A stretch of 64,000 nucleotides of DNA from Hemiscyllium ocellatum (taxonomy: Eukaryota), in contig NC_083424.1 of NCBI RefSeq assembly GCF_020745735.1, positions 29,622,999-29,686,998 on the forward strand, given 5' to 3'. Shown in pieces: positions 14,186 to 27,000 of the stretch (positions within the stretch are counted from its first letter, which is position 1; each line of letters begins with the position of its first letter). A model generated the notes under the pieces. The model was given only the letters and a program-made list of their open reading frames with translations, was not told where the DNA came from and searched no databases. A program made the translations under genes and the position numbers.

Positions 14186-17100
14186 TAATGACTGTCTTTC
14201 AAAAAATTGCTACTCTACTTCTCCCATTATTTGTGATTAAGTATTAACAAGTCTTTCCACGTGATGATACAGACGGGCACTGCAAAATATCTTTTAAAAA
14301 TTGGGCGGGCAGACCAAAGATTGAGAAACTATTTTCACCGGAAGTGTGTGTTATTGGCAGTTCCAATTTCCAGTCTGAAGCAAACATACGGCTTGCTGGA
14401 GAAACAGCATGACCGGCAGCACCTGCAGCAAGACAGTTAACATTTCGAATCTGTTACTACAATCTCAGTGTTTGTTTCAGATTGCAGTCAGCCCCAGCAT
14501 GTTGTTTTCATTCCAGCAATTTCCACTCGTTTTCTGATCTTCATCTGAATATAGCTAACGTCACCACAGTCTAACAACAATAAGTCAGTGGATGAGGCAT
14601 GTTGGCTCTGGCCACAGTGGTCAAGCTAGAGAGTTATGGTGGATGGGAAAAATACATTGCAATCCGAGCCTTTTAATTTTTCCGCTTTGGATGACTATAA
14701 AATGTAACAGTTTTAAATATCTCCTCGAACGAAGTGTCATTTTTACCCATTGTTCACATCACTACACAGATTACGTTACTTTTTATTGACGTTCAGAAAG
14801 AAACACAGATGTTTGACCTTGACTGTATGTAAAAATCAGATATTATAATTTTCTCGTGCAGCAACACAAGAACAATCCTACGTCACCGCTTGGTAAATGA
14901 AAGTAGCAGTGTTACAGGTCCTGCATCTTTTCCTATCTTGCCACTACAGAAAATGAGAAACAGAAATCTAGAAGTCTTCTGATAAATGAATACACTAGTT
15001 AATAAAATATTAATTTTATACCTAATCGATGTTCTCCATCTATATCAAAAATTAGTGATTTAAATGAATGGCGATGTGAACGATAATTTGCTACCATGAC
15101 AATTTAGCCTTGGATTGCCTTGACCCTAGTACAACTATAATTGACCCAAATCTCCACTATTAATTAAATGGCTCTCTCAAACCCAGTATGAACAGAACAA
15201 AAGCAGCCCAAACTCTCAAATGGAGAATCCACCGGACGTGCTTGTTCAATAGTTTTGGTGTGATCAGATTTCTGGCGGGAAATAAGCTGGTGCTTATTCA
15301 CAATTTTTTGACGGCTTTAATCATCTCACTGTCCTTTGCTTTCTGACTTTCCTTTTTTTAGTGGCAGAACTATAAATCACAATTCATACCACTCCCATTC
15401 TGAAAATATTTTGTTCAGGACAGTTAATCGTTTACACACCACGTTGAAAACAAAATTTACATAATGAAATAAAAAACATATGGTTTAGGCACCAGCGCTT
15501 CCTCTGGACCTCAATTATTTAAACTAATTTTTAATGTTTTATGCATTATTTAAGTGAGAATGGTGGACTTATCGTGAAATTCAGAAAATAGTGCAATGCA
15601 TTCCAACCGTAGGCAGTTTTTAGTCTCTTACACAGCATTCATTATTCCTCAAGATATCTTCATCCTGAAACTTTTTTCAAAAATATACTTTATTCATAAG
15701 AATTATAAAAGTACTTGCATTAACCAAATTTAACGTTACTTTAAGTGCAAGATCATTGTTTTAATTATAACAAGGTATTTCACTAAAGTGTGTATAAGTC
15801 TGTTACATAAACATTTATATTTATGCCATTCCTTGGCACATACGGAAGGGTTTTATACCGTTTCCAACTTCTCAGGAGGGCCTTCATTAAGACCATTCCA
15901 CATTGAGTTTTTGCCACAGCTCTATCAAATTTAAGTCCATCCCTTATTCCATTGACTTGGAATGTACGTACTTATCAAAACAGATCTTTGCACTAGAAGA
16001 TTACCAAATTTTGAGCTAATCCACAGAACACATTGCACCAAGCTGATGGTCCTCCAGCAGCAGTTGATACTTACATCAGATATACAGACCTAGGTATACA
16101 GTTATTCCAGGTGAACCTTGGCAAAAGAAAAAAAAAGCATGTCTCCTTCTGGACAGTTCTGAAGGGGTGGATTACCGAAGGAGATAGACAGCAGTCGCTT
16201 CCTTACTGCCTTAAACATACTCAAGGTCTCTGCTTCCACTAATTTGTTTAAGCAAGGATCTACCTACCTCTGCCTTAGAAATATTGAAGGAATTTGCCTC
16301 CACAAAGTGTTCTAAAGACTTTCAACCCCAGAGAACAAAAAAAATCTCAATTTGTTTTCATTTGGCAGCCTCTTCTTTATAAAGTGATTCCTAGTTCTAG
16401 ATTCTCCCATGAGAAATATCCTTCCCACCCCATCAAGATTTCAGGTTCTTCTGTTACAATTAAAGTCATTTACTCTTCTAAACTCCAACAGATACAAGTC
16501 TAGTTTGTCTAAACTTTCCTCAGAAGACAAGCACCTACTTAAAAGTATTAGAATAGTAAACCTTCTCTAAACCACCTCTACTACATCTGCATAGTTTCTC
16601 AGACAAGATGAATAATAAAAGGTCATCATTGGACTTTTAATTTAAATTCCACCATTTCCCATGGTGGGATTTGAACCAAGGTCATTACCTGGGTTTCTGG
16701 ATTATTAGTCAAGTGATAATACCAATAAGCCACCTACCCAACACAGATTTAATTGAAAAGGTTTTTAATTCCTGCCATAGACTGAAATTGCACTCTTGCA
16801 GTTTGTGTACAACTGTTGGAATCAAAATGCAGATTCCTTTCCCATACTACACTGAAAATACATGAATGATATCTTGTCAAAGGCCTGCTCTTAGCTCAAG
16901 CTGATAAGGTAGATGCCACTTCCCAGTAAGCATGTGGACAAATATATTAAAAAGGAAAAAGCTACCAGACTTCTGCTGGGCAAAGTGTAGGTTTAATCCA
17001 GAGCTGACATAACCCGATTGGCGAGGTCCATGGATAAAACCTTGCAGTCTGCAAGCAAGCAATTAATCCGGTTGCCATTTTCTCGTTTCTTCTATTGAGC

Positions 17101-18454
17101 CCTTGCTGATGATAGTGCCTTTCCTCATAAATTCTGTAAACAAGATGTGATATCAAGTTCATATCAAAGCCTTATTTACAGCTTGAAAGTGCTTTGTACA
17201 CTCAAACCTCCCTGCACAATAAGGTGCTCCATGGTATTAATAAACTTGCACTAAAAATAGCTTTTGCATAGATATGTACTGATGCAAGAAATAACAACTT
17301 ATCAGTTAGTTTTAAATGGCTGCTTTTCATCATGTGATTGTCATTATTATCTCCATAACATGGAGATGCATTTAGAAGCCGCTCATTTATTGTTGTTAAA
17401 GGTGAACATTTTTATCACAGAGGTTAACTTGTCCATTAACAAAGTAAAGTAAAAAAAGGACAGAGTTCACTTAAGGATTGTAATTATCCCACAATACTTC
17501 TACATTAATTGCAGACAAAAGTCCTCACTTTAGCATCAACGATGCTAAAAGTTTAATAGAAAGATATTGCACATACGTAATCCAATAAGAGGACACTTAA
17601 AATTGTAAGTAAGTAAAAATATGGCCATGAAATAAGGAACATACACTTTCAGAATGCAGGCTTTTCATTGGCTCAATAAATTAAATATAGGTGGATCATA
17701 ACTACTTTTAAAACATATTACAAAATCATGTCAAATTGTAACCAGTTACTGTGAAATAGCCCATCATTAAAAAAAAGAGAGCTTTAAAATGTAGATGGCA
17801 AGAATTTTTTGTTGATCTTCACAGTCTTCTCTCTCCTCCCCCACCACACACAGTGTATGGACATTACTGGCAACACTGGTATTTTTTGTGTTTCTTTCTA
17901 GCTGTCCTTATTTAGTGTAGCTTGCTCGGTTTCTCTAGAAGGCAGCGAAAACCAATTATATTTACATGGGTCTGAAGAAATATCTTTAAATTTCCCATAA
18001 GGACTTCAAAGAAACCAAACAGCACCACTAATGATCCCAGCTTTTTTCAAACAGAATTCAAATTCTCAAAACACCATTTGTAGGAATTGAAATCTCAAAG
18101 TTCTCTTGATTGTTGGTCTAATCCTCTGGATTACCAATCATTTAATTCATATGCTGTCAAATATGAACAAGGTCAAGAAGAAAAAAAACATTTAGATAAT
18201 TTTTTTCAATTTCCTTACCTTCTCTTGAAACTAAAATGAATCTGCAGCATAGTTCCACGTGATCATCTCATCCAAGTGGTCATGCTCGATACGTGAAAAG
18301 GAGAAAATGTAAGAGAAACTCGACAAGAAAAAGCTGCCCAAACTGGATATTTCATCATTGATATAGAGAGACAGACAGAAATGTGAAACTAACATTTCAA
18401 GTTCTACCACTTTTCACTAGTTGATTGCATTGTTCGATTAGTACCCACAGAAGT

Positions 18455-19600
18455 ACAGAGAACAGGAATAGACTGTTCAGTTCCTGAGTCTGCTCTGCCA
18501 CTTAATAAAGGTCATGGTTAATCAGATTAATTCTCAAATCTGCAATCCCACTTACACCTGGTTAAGTTTCATTCCCTTCCTTACCAAGAATCTGTTCACC
18601 TGTACTTTAAAAAGTCTGCAACACTGCTTCCACAGTCTTTTGAGGAAGAGTTCAAAAACTTACAATGTTCTAAGGATAACTGTCATGTCCGAAATGTATT
18701 TCAATGAAATCACTCTCTTATTCTGAACTTCAGCTAATACAAGTGGAGCCTGTCCAACCTTCTCTGCGCAAATCAACACACCGATTCCAAGCAAGTAACC
18801 ATTTTAATGTGGTTAACTTTCTCTGAACTGCTTCGAAGACATTGATATCCTTCCTTATAAAATACTGCAGATATTACTCAAAATGTGGGCTCACCAGTTT
18901 CCTGCACAAGTGAATCAAAACCTCCCTACCTTTGGATTTAATTCCTCTAGCAAACATATTGTAACATTCTATTAGCTTCCTAATTACTAGGCTTCATTGG
19001 CATATTGGCCTTCAGCAGAAGGACACCTATATTCATCAGTATGAGCTCTAATGTTTTACTGTTTAATTTTTCATTGCACATTTTGGAAAATAATCACTTT
19101 CTCACATTATACATAAATTGTATGATGTATGCCCATTCCTTTTTGTCACCTGATATGCTCTTCACAACTTGCTTTCTTATTTTTGTCATTTTGGGAAATT
19201 TGGCAACCAAGTCTTTCATCCCCTTATCCAAAACATTGACACAAATTATTCATAACAGAGGTTCCAGCACCACAGCTAAACCACACTATTTGTTACATCC
19301 TGCCGAAAAAAATGCTCACGCCTACTGCTATCTGTGAGTCGCTAATTTTCTATCTATACCAATAAGCTACCCCATATATCATGAGCTTTTAACTTGGGCA
19401 AAAGCTTTGCATGGTACCTTCTGGAAATCCAAGTACGATACAGCAACTGGTTCCCCATTATTTACAGCATGGTATCTCCTCAAAAAGAACTCCAATGGAT
19501 TGGTTAAACAAAACTTCCCTTTGACAAAAATCATTCCTTATTACCTTCAACTTATTCAAGTGCTCAACTATAAACTTCTTTACTAACAACTTCAAAAAAA
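18455..19600 (-). mobile_element. Old degenerate CR1-type LINE fragment
   Basis: Patchy similarity to the clearer CR1 copies; boundaries approximate. Confidence 0.5.
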
Positions 19601-19679
19601 ATGACAAATGTTAAAACTGTAGTTGCTGGCTGTCGCTCTTTTTGAATACACAAGTTACATTTGCTACCTCAAGATTAGT

Positions 19680-19806
19680 GATGCTGAAAAAGCACAGCAG
19701 GTCAGGCAGCAGCCGAGGAGCAGGAAAAGAGGAGAGAAACAAAATTTAAAAAAAGAAAAGAAAAGAATCGATGTTTCAGACAAAAGCCCTTCATCAGGAA
19801 TGAGGC
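19680..19806 (-). mobile_element. Solo Penelope family A pLTR fragment with hammerhead motif
   Basis: Minus strand CATTCCTGATGAAGGGCTTTTGTCTGAAACATCGATTC; matches the 58555-58640 and 9400-9485 copies. Confidence 0.8.
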
Positions 19807-21014
19807 CTTTGCTACCTTCCAATCTAATAGGAAGTTCCCTAACTGAAGAAACCAATAAAAATCAACTATCCCATTTACCATTAGGAGCTGGAAGCACATC
19901 AATCTGCAGTTCCGTTATTCCGTGTCGCTTACTTCTGAGTTTATCCCCTCTTCCATTTCCTGATTTATAGCTGCTTCGAGGATATTACTTGTATCCTGCA
20001 TGGTGAAGTCTGATGCAAAATATCTGTTCAATTTATCTGCCACCGATTATTTATTTTCCACTATCAATTTTGTTAAATTTTTTTTTGAAGTATTGAAACT
20101 TTCATCTTTCTGCCTAGCTTTCAAACTAAATGTTTTCTTAATTCCCTGTTAATTTTACACTTGCATTTATACAGTTTTTTTTCAAAAAAGCAGCAAAAGT
20201 CCAGGTAGGAGAAAAAAAAACCATCAGAGGTTTTGATACTATGTACTCTACAGCAGTGTCTCTCTCGGTGGCCATTCATTCTGCCCGGTGACAGGGTTTG
20301 ACAGTATAATTATCAAATCTTTTAAAAACACAGTGCCATGTTCAGTTTACTCATCCACCTCGCAGCTCTCACTCTCATTAAAGCAAATGGAAAGAACTTC
20401 AAACCTTTTAGACAATTGAAAAGACTGAAGCCGCTACTCCAGCCCTCTGGGTCCCCTTACCTGCCTTTGTCAAAGTCACTCGCCTGTCACTGAAAAATGA
20501 CCAAAACATTAGACCCTATCCTAAAAGAAGTAATTGTCTTCCAGCAGAGAATCTAGGAAACTTTGCTCCTCCCTGATGGGCAGTGTGTCGGTAACTCAGC
20601 CTCCAAGAAGCTGCATGAACTTCAAACACTTACCACAGGCTTCTTTGCTCTGGATCACACTAGGTTCCAGGGGCTACCACATGCTGCAGCCATGGCACAT
20701 CACTTATCTTGACATACTTAACAAGCTCTAACTACTTAATGTGCCACTGAATGGTGTTTTCTTTAAAAAAATCTTTTATTAACTTTAGCTCAAGTTGCTA
20801 TATGATTTTCAGTCTTCGCAGTAGAATGATCCTTGGTCACTTACCAGATACTGACCAAATATTTAGTCTCTTCTTCTGTAGCAGAGTAGGAACCAAATTC
20901 TGGAGTCTGAAAAAGTTGGAGAAACAAAAACAAAGAAACATCTTCCTAACTACCTCAATTACTGAACTCCTCTACTCTACTGATAAGTCACTCTCCAAGT
21001 GGCAAGGCACACCT

Positions 21015-22228
21015 CATAGAACATAACAGCATAGTGCAGGCCCTTCGCCTGTCGTGTTGCGCCGACCTATGAACCAATCTGAAGCCCATCTAACCTATAC
21101 CATTCCACTCCCATCCATATCCAATCCAACGACCATTTAAATGCCTGCAAAGTTGGCAATTCTACGCCCCTAATGTTGAGTAAAGAAATTACTTCTGACA
21201 TCTCTCCTATATTTATCACCTCCTCAATTTAAAGCTATGTGCTCTTGTGCTAGCCATCGCCATCCAAAGAAAAAGGCTCTCATTGTCCAACCTATCTGTC
21301 CCTCTGATTATCTTGTACATCTCAATTAAGTCACCTGTTAACCTTCTTCTCTCTAGCGAAAACAGTCTCGAGTCCCTCAGCCTTTGCTCGTAAGACTTTC
21401 CCTCTATACCAGACAACATCCTACTAAATCTCCTCTGAACCCTTTCCAAAGCTCCCACATCCTTCCTATAATGCAATGACCAGAACTGTACGCAATATTC
21501 CAAATGTGGCCATACCAGAATTTTGTACAGCTGCAGCATGATCTCATGGTTCAGAAACTCAATCCTTCTACCAATAAAGGCCAACACATTGTATGCCTTC
21601 TTAAGAACCCTATCAACCTGGTTGGCAACTTTTAAGGATCTATGTACCTGGACACAGATCTCTCTGCTCATCTACATGATCAAGAATCGTACCATTAGCC
21701 CAGTACTCTGCATTCCTGTTACTCCTTCCAACGTGAATCACCTTGTACTTTTTCACATTAAACTCCATTTGCCACCTCTCGGTACAGTTCTGTAGCTTAT
21801 CTATGTCTCTCTGTAACCTACAACATCCTTCGTCACTATCCACAACTCTACCGACCTTAGTGTTATCTTCAAATTTACTATCCTTCTGTGCCCTCACCCA
21901 GGTCATTTATAAAAATGACAAACACTGGACACAAAACAGATCCTTGTAGTACCCCAATAGTAACTGAACTCCAGGATGAATATTCCTCACCAAACAGCAT
22001 TCGGTCTTCTTTCAGTTAGCTAATTTCTGATCCAAACCACTAAACATTCTCAATCACATACCTACTGTGGGGAACATTATCAAACACCTTATTGAAATCT
22101 ACATTCACCACATCAACCGCTTTACCCTCATCCATCTGTCCTCAAAGAACGCAATAAAGTTTGTGAGGCACGACCAACCCTTCACAAAACCGTGTTGACT
22201 AGCCCGAACCCACTTCTTCCTCTCCAGT
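21015..22228 (-). mobile_element. CR1-type (HER1-like) LINE, 5-prime truncated RT remnant
   Basis: ORFs 21216..21671 and 21640..21906: [46 protein letters not shown]. Confidence 0.92.
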
Positions 22229-23220
22229 GAACTAACCATGTTAGTTTTTCTTTGCTCTTAACACAAAAAGCCTAGCTGACCTAGTTAGGTTGATTTCAGC
22301 TGCTACTGGTATCTGTTGAGCATTTCAAGTGTCTCCAGTATTCACCTTCATATATAGCACAATGCTGGACTTATTTCCTGAAATTGTGAACTGAACAGCT
22401 AAAATATTAGTGTGCAGTGTACAAGAGTCACTCGACATTAAAACAAAGCCTCAAAAGGTTGTACCCAGAGATACTGAACCTTTCAGTAGCTTAGCAGTCA
22501 GAGACACAGAGGCCAGTCCATTGTCAGTGATGAATAAAACTGGCCAAGATCACAAAATGCATTGGCTGCAAATTTCTATGCCATTTAATGCTGTCGCAAA
22601 ATACTAAAACAGGTCTTCATAGAGTTGTTCATCATATTCTTATATTCCAAGGCTGTATACTTCTTGCAAAGAATGGCATTACAAAGGTAGAAGCAGCTTT
22701 AAAAAACTAAAGCATATGTGGATATTCATAAAATACCTGAAAACAGCCCTGGTAATCCCTGACATGATCCGTAATTAGAATTTAAAATACTGTACATTAA
22801 AATCCCTGGCAGTATATTTTATAAAATTACATTGGTAATATCAAAAATCAAACATGTATTCAGTTATATAAACAAAAAAAAAATCTGATGTGTAAGAATG
22901 ACTAAAAACCCACTGTACACAAATTCACATTTGAAAAATTGAGACTATGCCTGAAGGGCAGATTTCAACAGTACTTTGAAAATGAACATTACACAAGAAA
23001 TTATTCTTTCTGTAACACCTGACTTGTTTTCACTCAATTCCAACCCTACATATTAAAATAGCATTGACATCCACACTTTTTTTTGACGGTTTCAGTAAAA
23101 TATCAGCTCTGCCACATACTGTTGAAATGAGGTCTTAAAAGAAAACAAAAACTCCAACATAGTACATGGTCATATGACGTGGAAGCCTTGGATCCGAATG
23201 GTTCAGTACTGGTCTGATGA

Positions 23221-24086
23221 TTATATGTATTTCTTTTTCATTCTGTTTCTTGGAGAATTCTTCAGTAAGCTCCGGAGTTTGAGGTAAGTTCCAGTTGCCT
23301 CAGAAAGATTGTCATACTCAAAAGGTGTAATTCCAGTGGCAAATTTACTCATATCAGGGACAGAAGAAATCCTGTTCTCCTCTCTTGCTTCTGACACAGT
23401 ATCACTAATGATGGATCCTTGTGTTTTCTCTAAACATACTTGGTTCTCTTTAATGAATGTTTCTGGCGTTGAGGTAGAATCTGGAACGGTTCTACTGCCT
23501 TCAATTTCCATTCTGGAATTTTCAGATGGAGTGTTGTTTTCCCTACTTAAAGTGGTCGGTTCATCCTTGAAATCAACTAAAGATGCTTCAGCAATGGGAC
23601 TCCTCATATTATTTTCAATTGTTCCCATTTTGTCAGTAGCTTCAACTTCCATGTGGTTGTCAGGTGCATGCATTGCCGGTGAGGAATTTGCAGAATTCTT
23701 GATTAATGGTGAATCACAAGGACCTTCTGTCTCACTATTTGTACTTTCAGTCTGTTCCAATTCAGCCCATATCAACCGTTGCTGTTCTTCTAACTCTTCT
23801 AAGGACAAGACATCAGCATCCAAAGTTTTATTAGCATTTTCAGTAGCTGAAGCTCGGGCACTTCCTCCTTCCAATAAATATCTTTCTGGAGAGCAATATG
23901 AAGGCGTAGAGGGAGAAGTATCTTTTGGAAGTGGAGGTGGTGTTGGAGTAGGTGGTGGAGGTGGGATAAACATCGGTGGTGTGGAAGGTGGTGTTCCTTT
24001 TGGTAGAGGAGGTGGTGACGATGTTAATGGGCAACCAGAAGGTAAGGGTGGTAAAGGCTGAAACTGCCTTGGTGGTGTGTCTGAAC
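23221..24086 (-). CDS. ZCCHC8: ZCCHC8 exon 14, last coding exon (proline-rich region and MTR4-binding C-terminus)
   Basis: 866 nt from TTCTGTAG acceptor to TAA; includes ORF 23221..23973. Confidence 0.95.
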
Positions 24087-27000
24087 CTACAGAACAAATA
24101 CATCGAAGATAATATCCAGCAATAAAACAACCTTCAGTTAGAAGTCAATTTTTTTCAGGATAGCCATGCTTCACAAGTAAATTTGCTTTATCTAGGAAAC
24201 AGGTAACCAACTATTAACGATGACTGATTCCAATACTGTGCTTCACAAAGACCAGTAAAGTTAGCTTGATATTGTGGACTAAAACCAGAAGATTTATGTC
24301 AAGAATATTTGTCTAAAAATCATAGAACAGAATGAAAAAAAAAGTGCCACTAGTAAATATATGTTGTACTCAGAATAGATCTGAAGGAAAGATGGTCCAT
24401 GCTCTTCTTCAGGAATAGCATTATGTTAAAAGAAAAACAAAATGGTGTGGTGACTGGGAGAAGTGGGTGTGGTAGAGGCTGTGGAGTATCGATGAAATTG
24501 ACACAAAGGGACACAGGACTTTCCTCCTACCAACTTCCATGTATAACAAGGTTTATACTTAAGAACACTGCAAATAATAGTCCCAAATTTGGCTCAGCTT
24601 CTGGGAATGTGTGGATAAGAACAACTAAAAAAAAATTTGGATAATTGTGCTTGAATGCTTACTCAGGCATATATGTAAATTTCACCTCTCAGGACGTAGG
24701 CAAGCAAAAAATAAGATCTACAGATCAAGCAAAGAATCTCTCCACAGTACATCAGTTTGCTGTAATGTACTTTACGCTCCTTGATTCTCTTATATTCATT
24801 CCACCTATCAGAGTTTATGGTGCTAACATAGTGGTGAAGGAAGTCTGAAATAAAAACAAAATTTTGTAAGTACTAAGGTCAAATGGTAACGGTGGAGAAA
24901 GAACCAAAGTCAACGTTTTAGGTTGATGACTACAACTGGAGACAGTTAGAAACACACACGAACAGGTTTTAAGCAAATGGAGAAGCATTGAAAGTTTGAA
25001 GGGATAGGAGAAAAGAAAAGGAAAAGTCTGAGTTGACGAAAGTGCGATGGGAAAAAAGACTCAGGGAAGGTCAATACACTAGTATAAAAACAAACAAGGA
25101 GGGAAGAGGAGAAGGTACAAGTGGATGAACTAGCTAATGTAAGTGTAGTAACCTTGGAAGATGCAAATGGATAACTGGAAACAGGAACAGGGAAGTGGCA
25201 GAATTTAAAAATCAATATTTTGCATCAGTCCAAACTTTCTTTCTAATTTTATTACCAGTAGCACAGGCTTGTGAGCGCCGTGCATGGCAGTGACTTCCGA
25301 AATCGCAAGTCAATGCCACAACTGGCTTGCCGACCTCTAGGTGCTGTATAGGATAATCAAAAAGGCTGTGCGCACACAGTGCAGCTGAGGAGGAATGTTG
25401 GACACCACTGCTTAAAAAAGGGGAGAGTCAGACGGTAGGAAATTGTTGGCCAGTTAGTCTGAATTTGTTGTTGGGAAAATGCTAGAGTCCATTATTATGG
25501 AAGAAATAGCAGGATATTTAGAAAAGCTTAAAGCAATCAAACTGATTCAACATGAATTTGTGAAAGGGAAATCATGGTTGATGAATTGCTTGAGTTGAGG
25601 ATATAACAGGCAGACCAGTAGATATAGTGTATTTGGACCTTTGGAAGGCAATTGATAAGATGCCACATATAAGGTTATTGTACAAAATAGGAGCTCACAA
25701 TACTGGGGGTAATGTATCAGTGTGATTGAGGATTGGTTAAATACACAGAAGTCAAATAGCTGGAATTAAATGGTCTTTTCCAGATTGGAAAGAGGTAACT
25801 GATGGAGTGCCACACAGATCATTCAGGACCTAAATTATTTACATTTATATTAATGACCTGGAAGAGGGGGAAAGAGTGTAATGTATTCAAATACAAAAAC
25901 ACATGATAGGACATGTGATGAGAACACAAGGAATCAGTGATGGGATCCAGATAGGTTGAGTGAGAGAGTGTGGACAAAATCTTGGCACAGAGCGATGCAT
26001 GAAAGAAAGCGTGAAGATATGTATTTTGGTGGACAGACAATCAAAAGACAAACTAGGAAAATCTCAGAAACCTGTAAAACTCCAACAGGAGTTGACAGGG
26101 TACATGCAGGAATGACGTTGCCATCAATTGGACAGTTGAAAACTAGGAGTGATAGTCTTAAATCATTTATCCCATATCATTAGATTGTAATGAGGAGAAA
26201 TTTCTTCACCAGAGTGAGAGATAAACCTGTGGAATTTACTACCATAAAGCATTGAGGCCAAAGCATTGACTGATCTTGAGGAGAAGCTAGACATAGCACT
26301 TGGGGTAAAAGGGATCAAAGGATTATGGGAAAAGCAGGTAATAGCTTTTGAGTTGAATAATGGTGCAGCGGAGTCAAAAGGGCCAAGTGGCTTACTCGTA
26401 CTCCTTTTTTCTATGCTCACACTAGAGAGTTTATGTGGATGTTACCAGGAATGAGGAATTTCAGCTGTGAGAAAAAGAGTAAATAAGAGGGATCATTTAC
26501 TTTGAAACAGAAGAGGCTGAGGGGAATTAAATTATAGTATATGAAACATGTGAGCCTCTATAGAGAAGAAAGGAGAGACCGATTTCCCTTATCGGAGAGG
26601 CCAATATCTAGGATGTAAATTTTAAGTAATTGCCAGAAGGATGGGAAAGAGGAGTTGAGGAAAAGTCTTTAACCTAGATGGTAGCAGATTTGGAACTCTG
26701 CCTAAAAGAGTGGTCAAGGTAGAGACCACCTTTGCATATTTAATATCCATAAATTCTGTATACTGTATTGTTACAGGCTAAGAAAAAAATGGTAAATAGA
26801 ATTAGGTCCAATAATTTCTCTCTCAGGTAGGGCTGGATGTGACAGGTGGATCTCTAAAAGGTAGAAGTAGATAGTGTAGATTTGGAGAGAATTTAAAAAA
26901 AAGTGATAGGATTAGAGAATCTGAAGTTGTGACCTGAAATTGTTGATTTAGAAATTGGTAAAATGCTTAACTGAACGATGAAGTGCTACTTCTCAAACTT

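Noticed and set aside
23309-24061. 250-aa plus-strand ORF
   Set aside because: Antisense shadow of ZCCHC8 exon 14.
25231-25400. Possible hAT-type MITE with eroded inverted ends
   Set aside because: Terminal repeats too degenerate and no TSD found.
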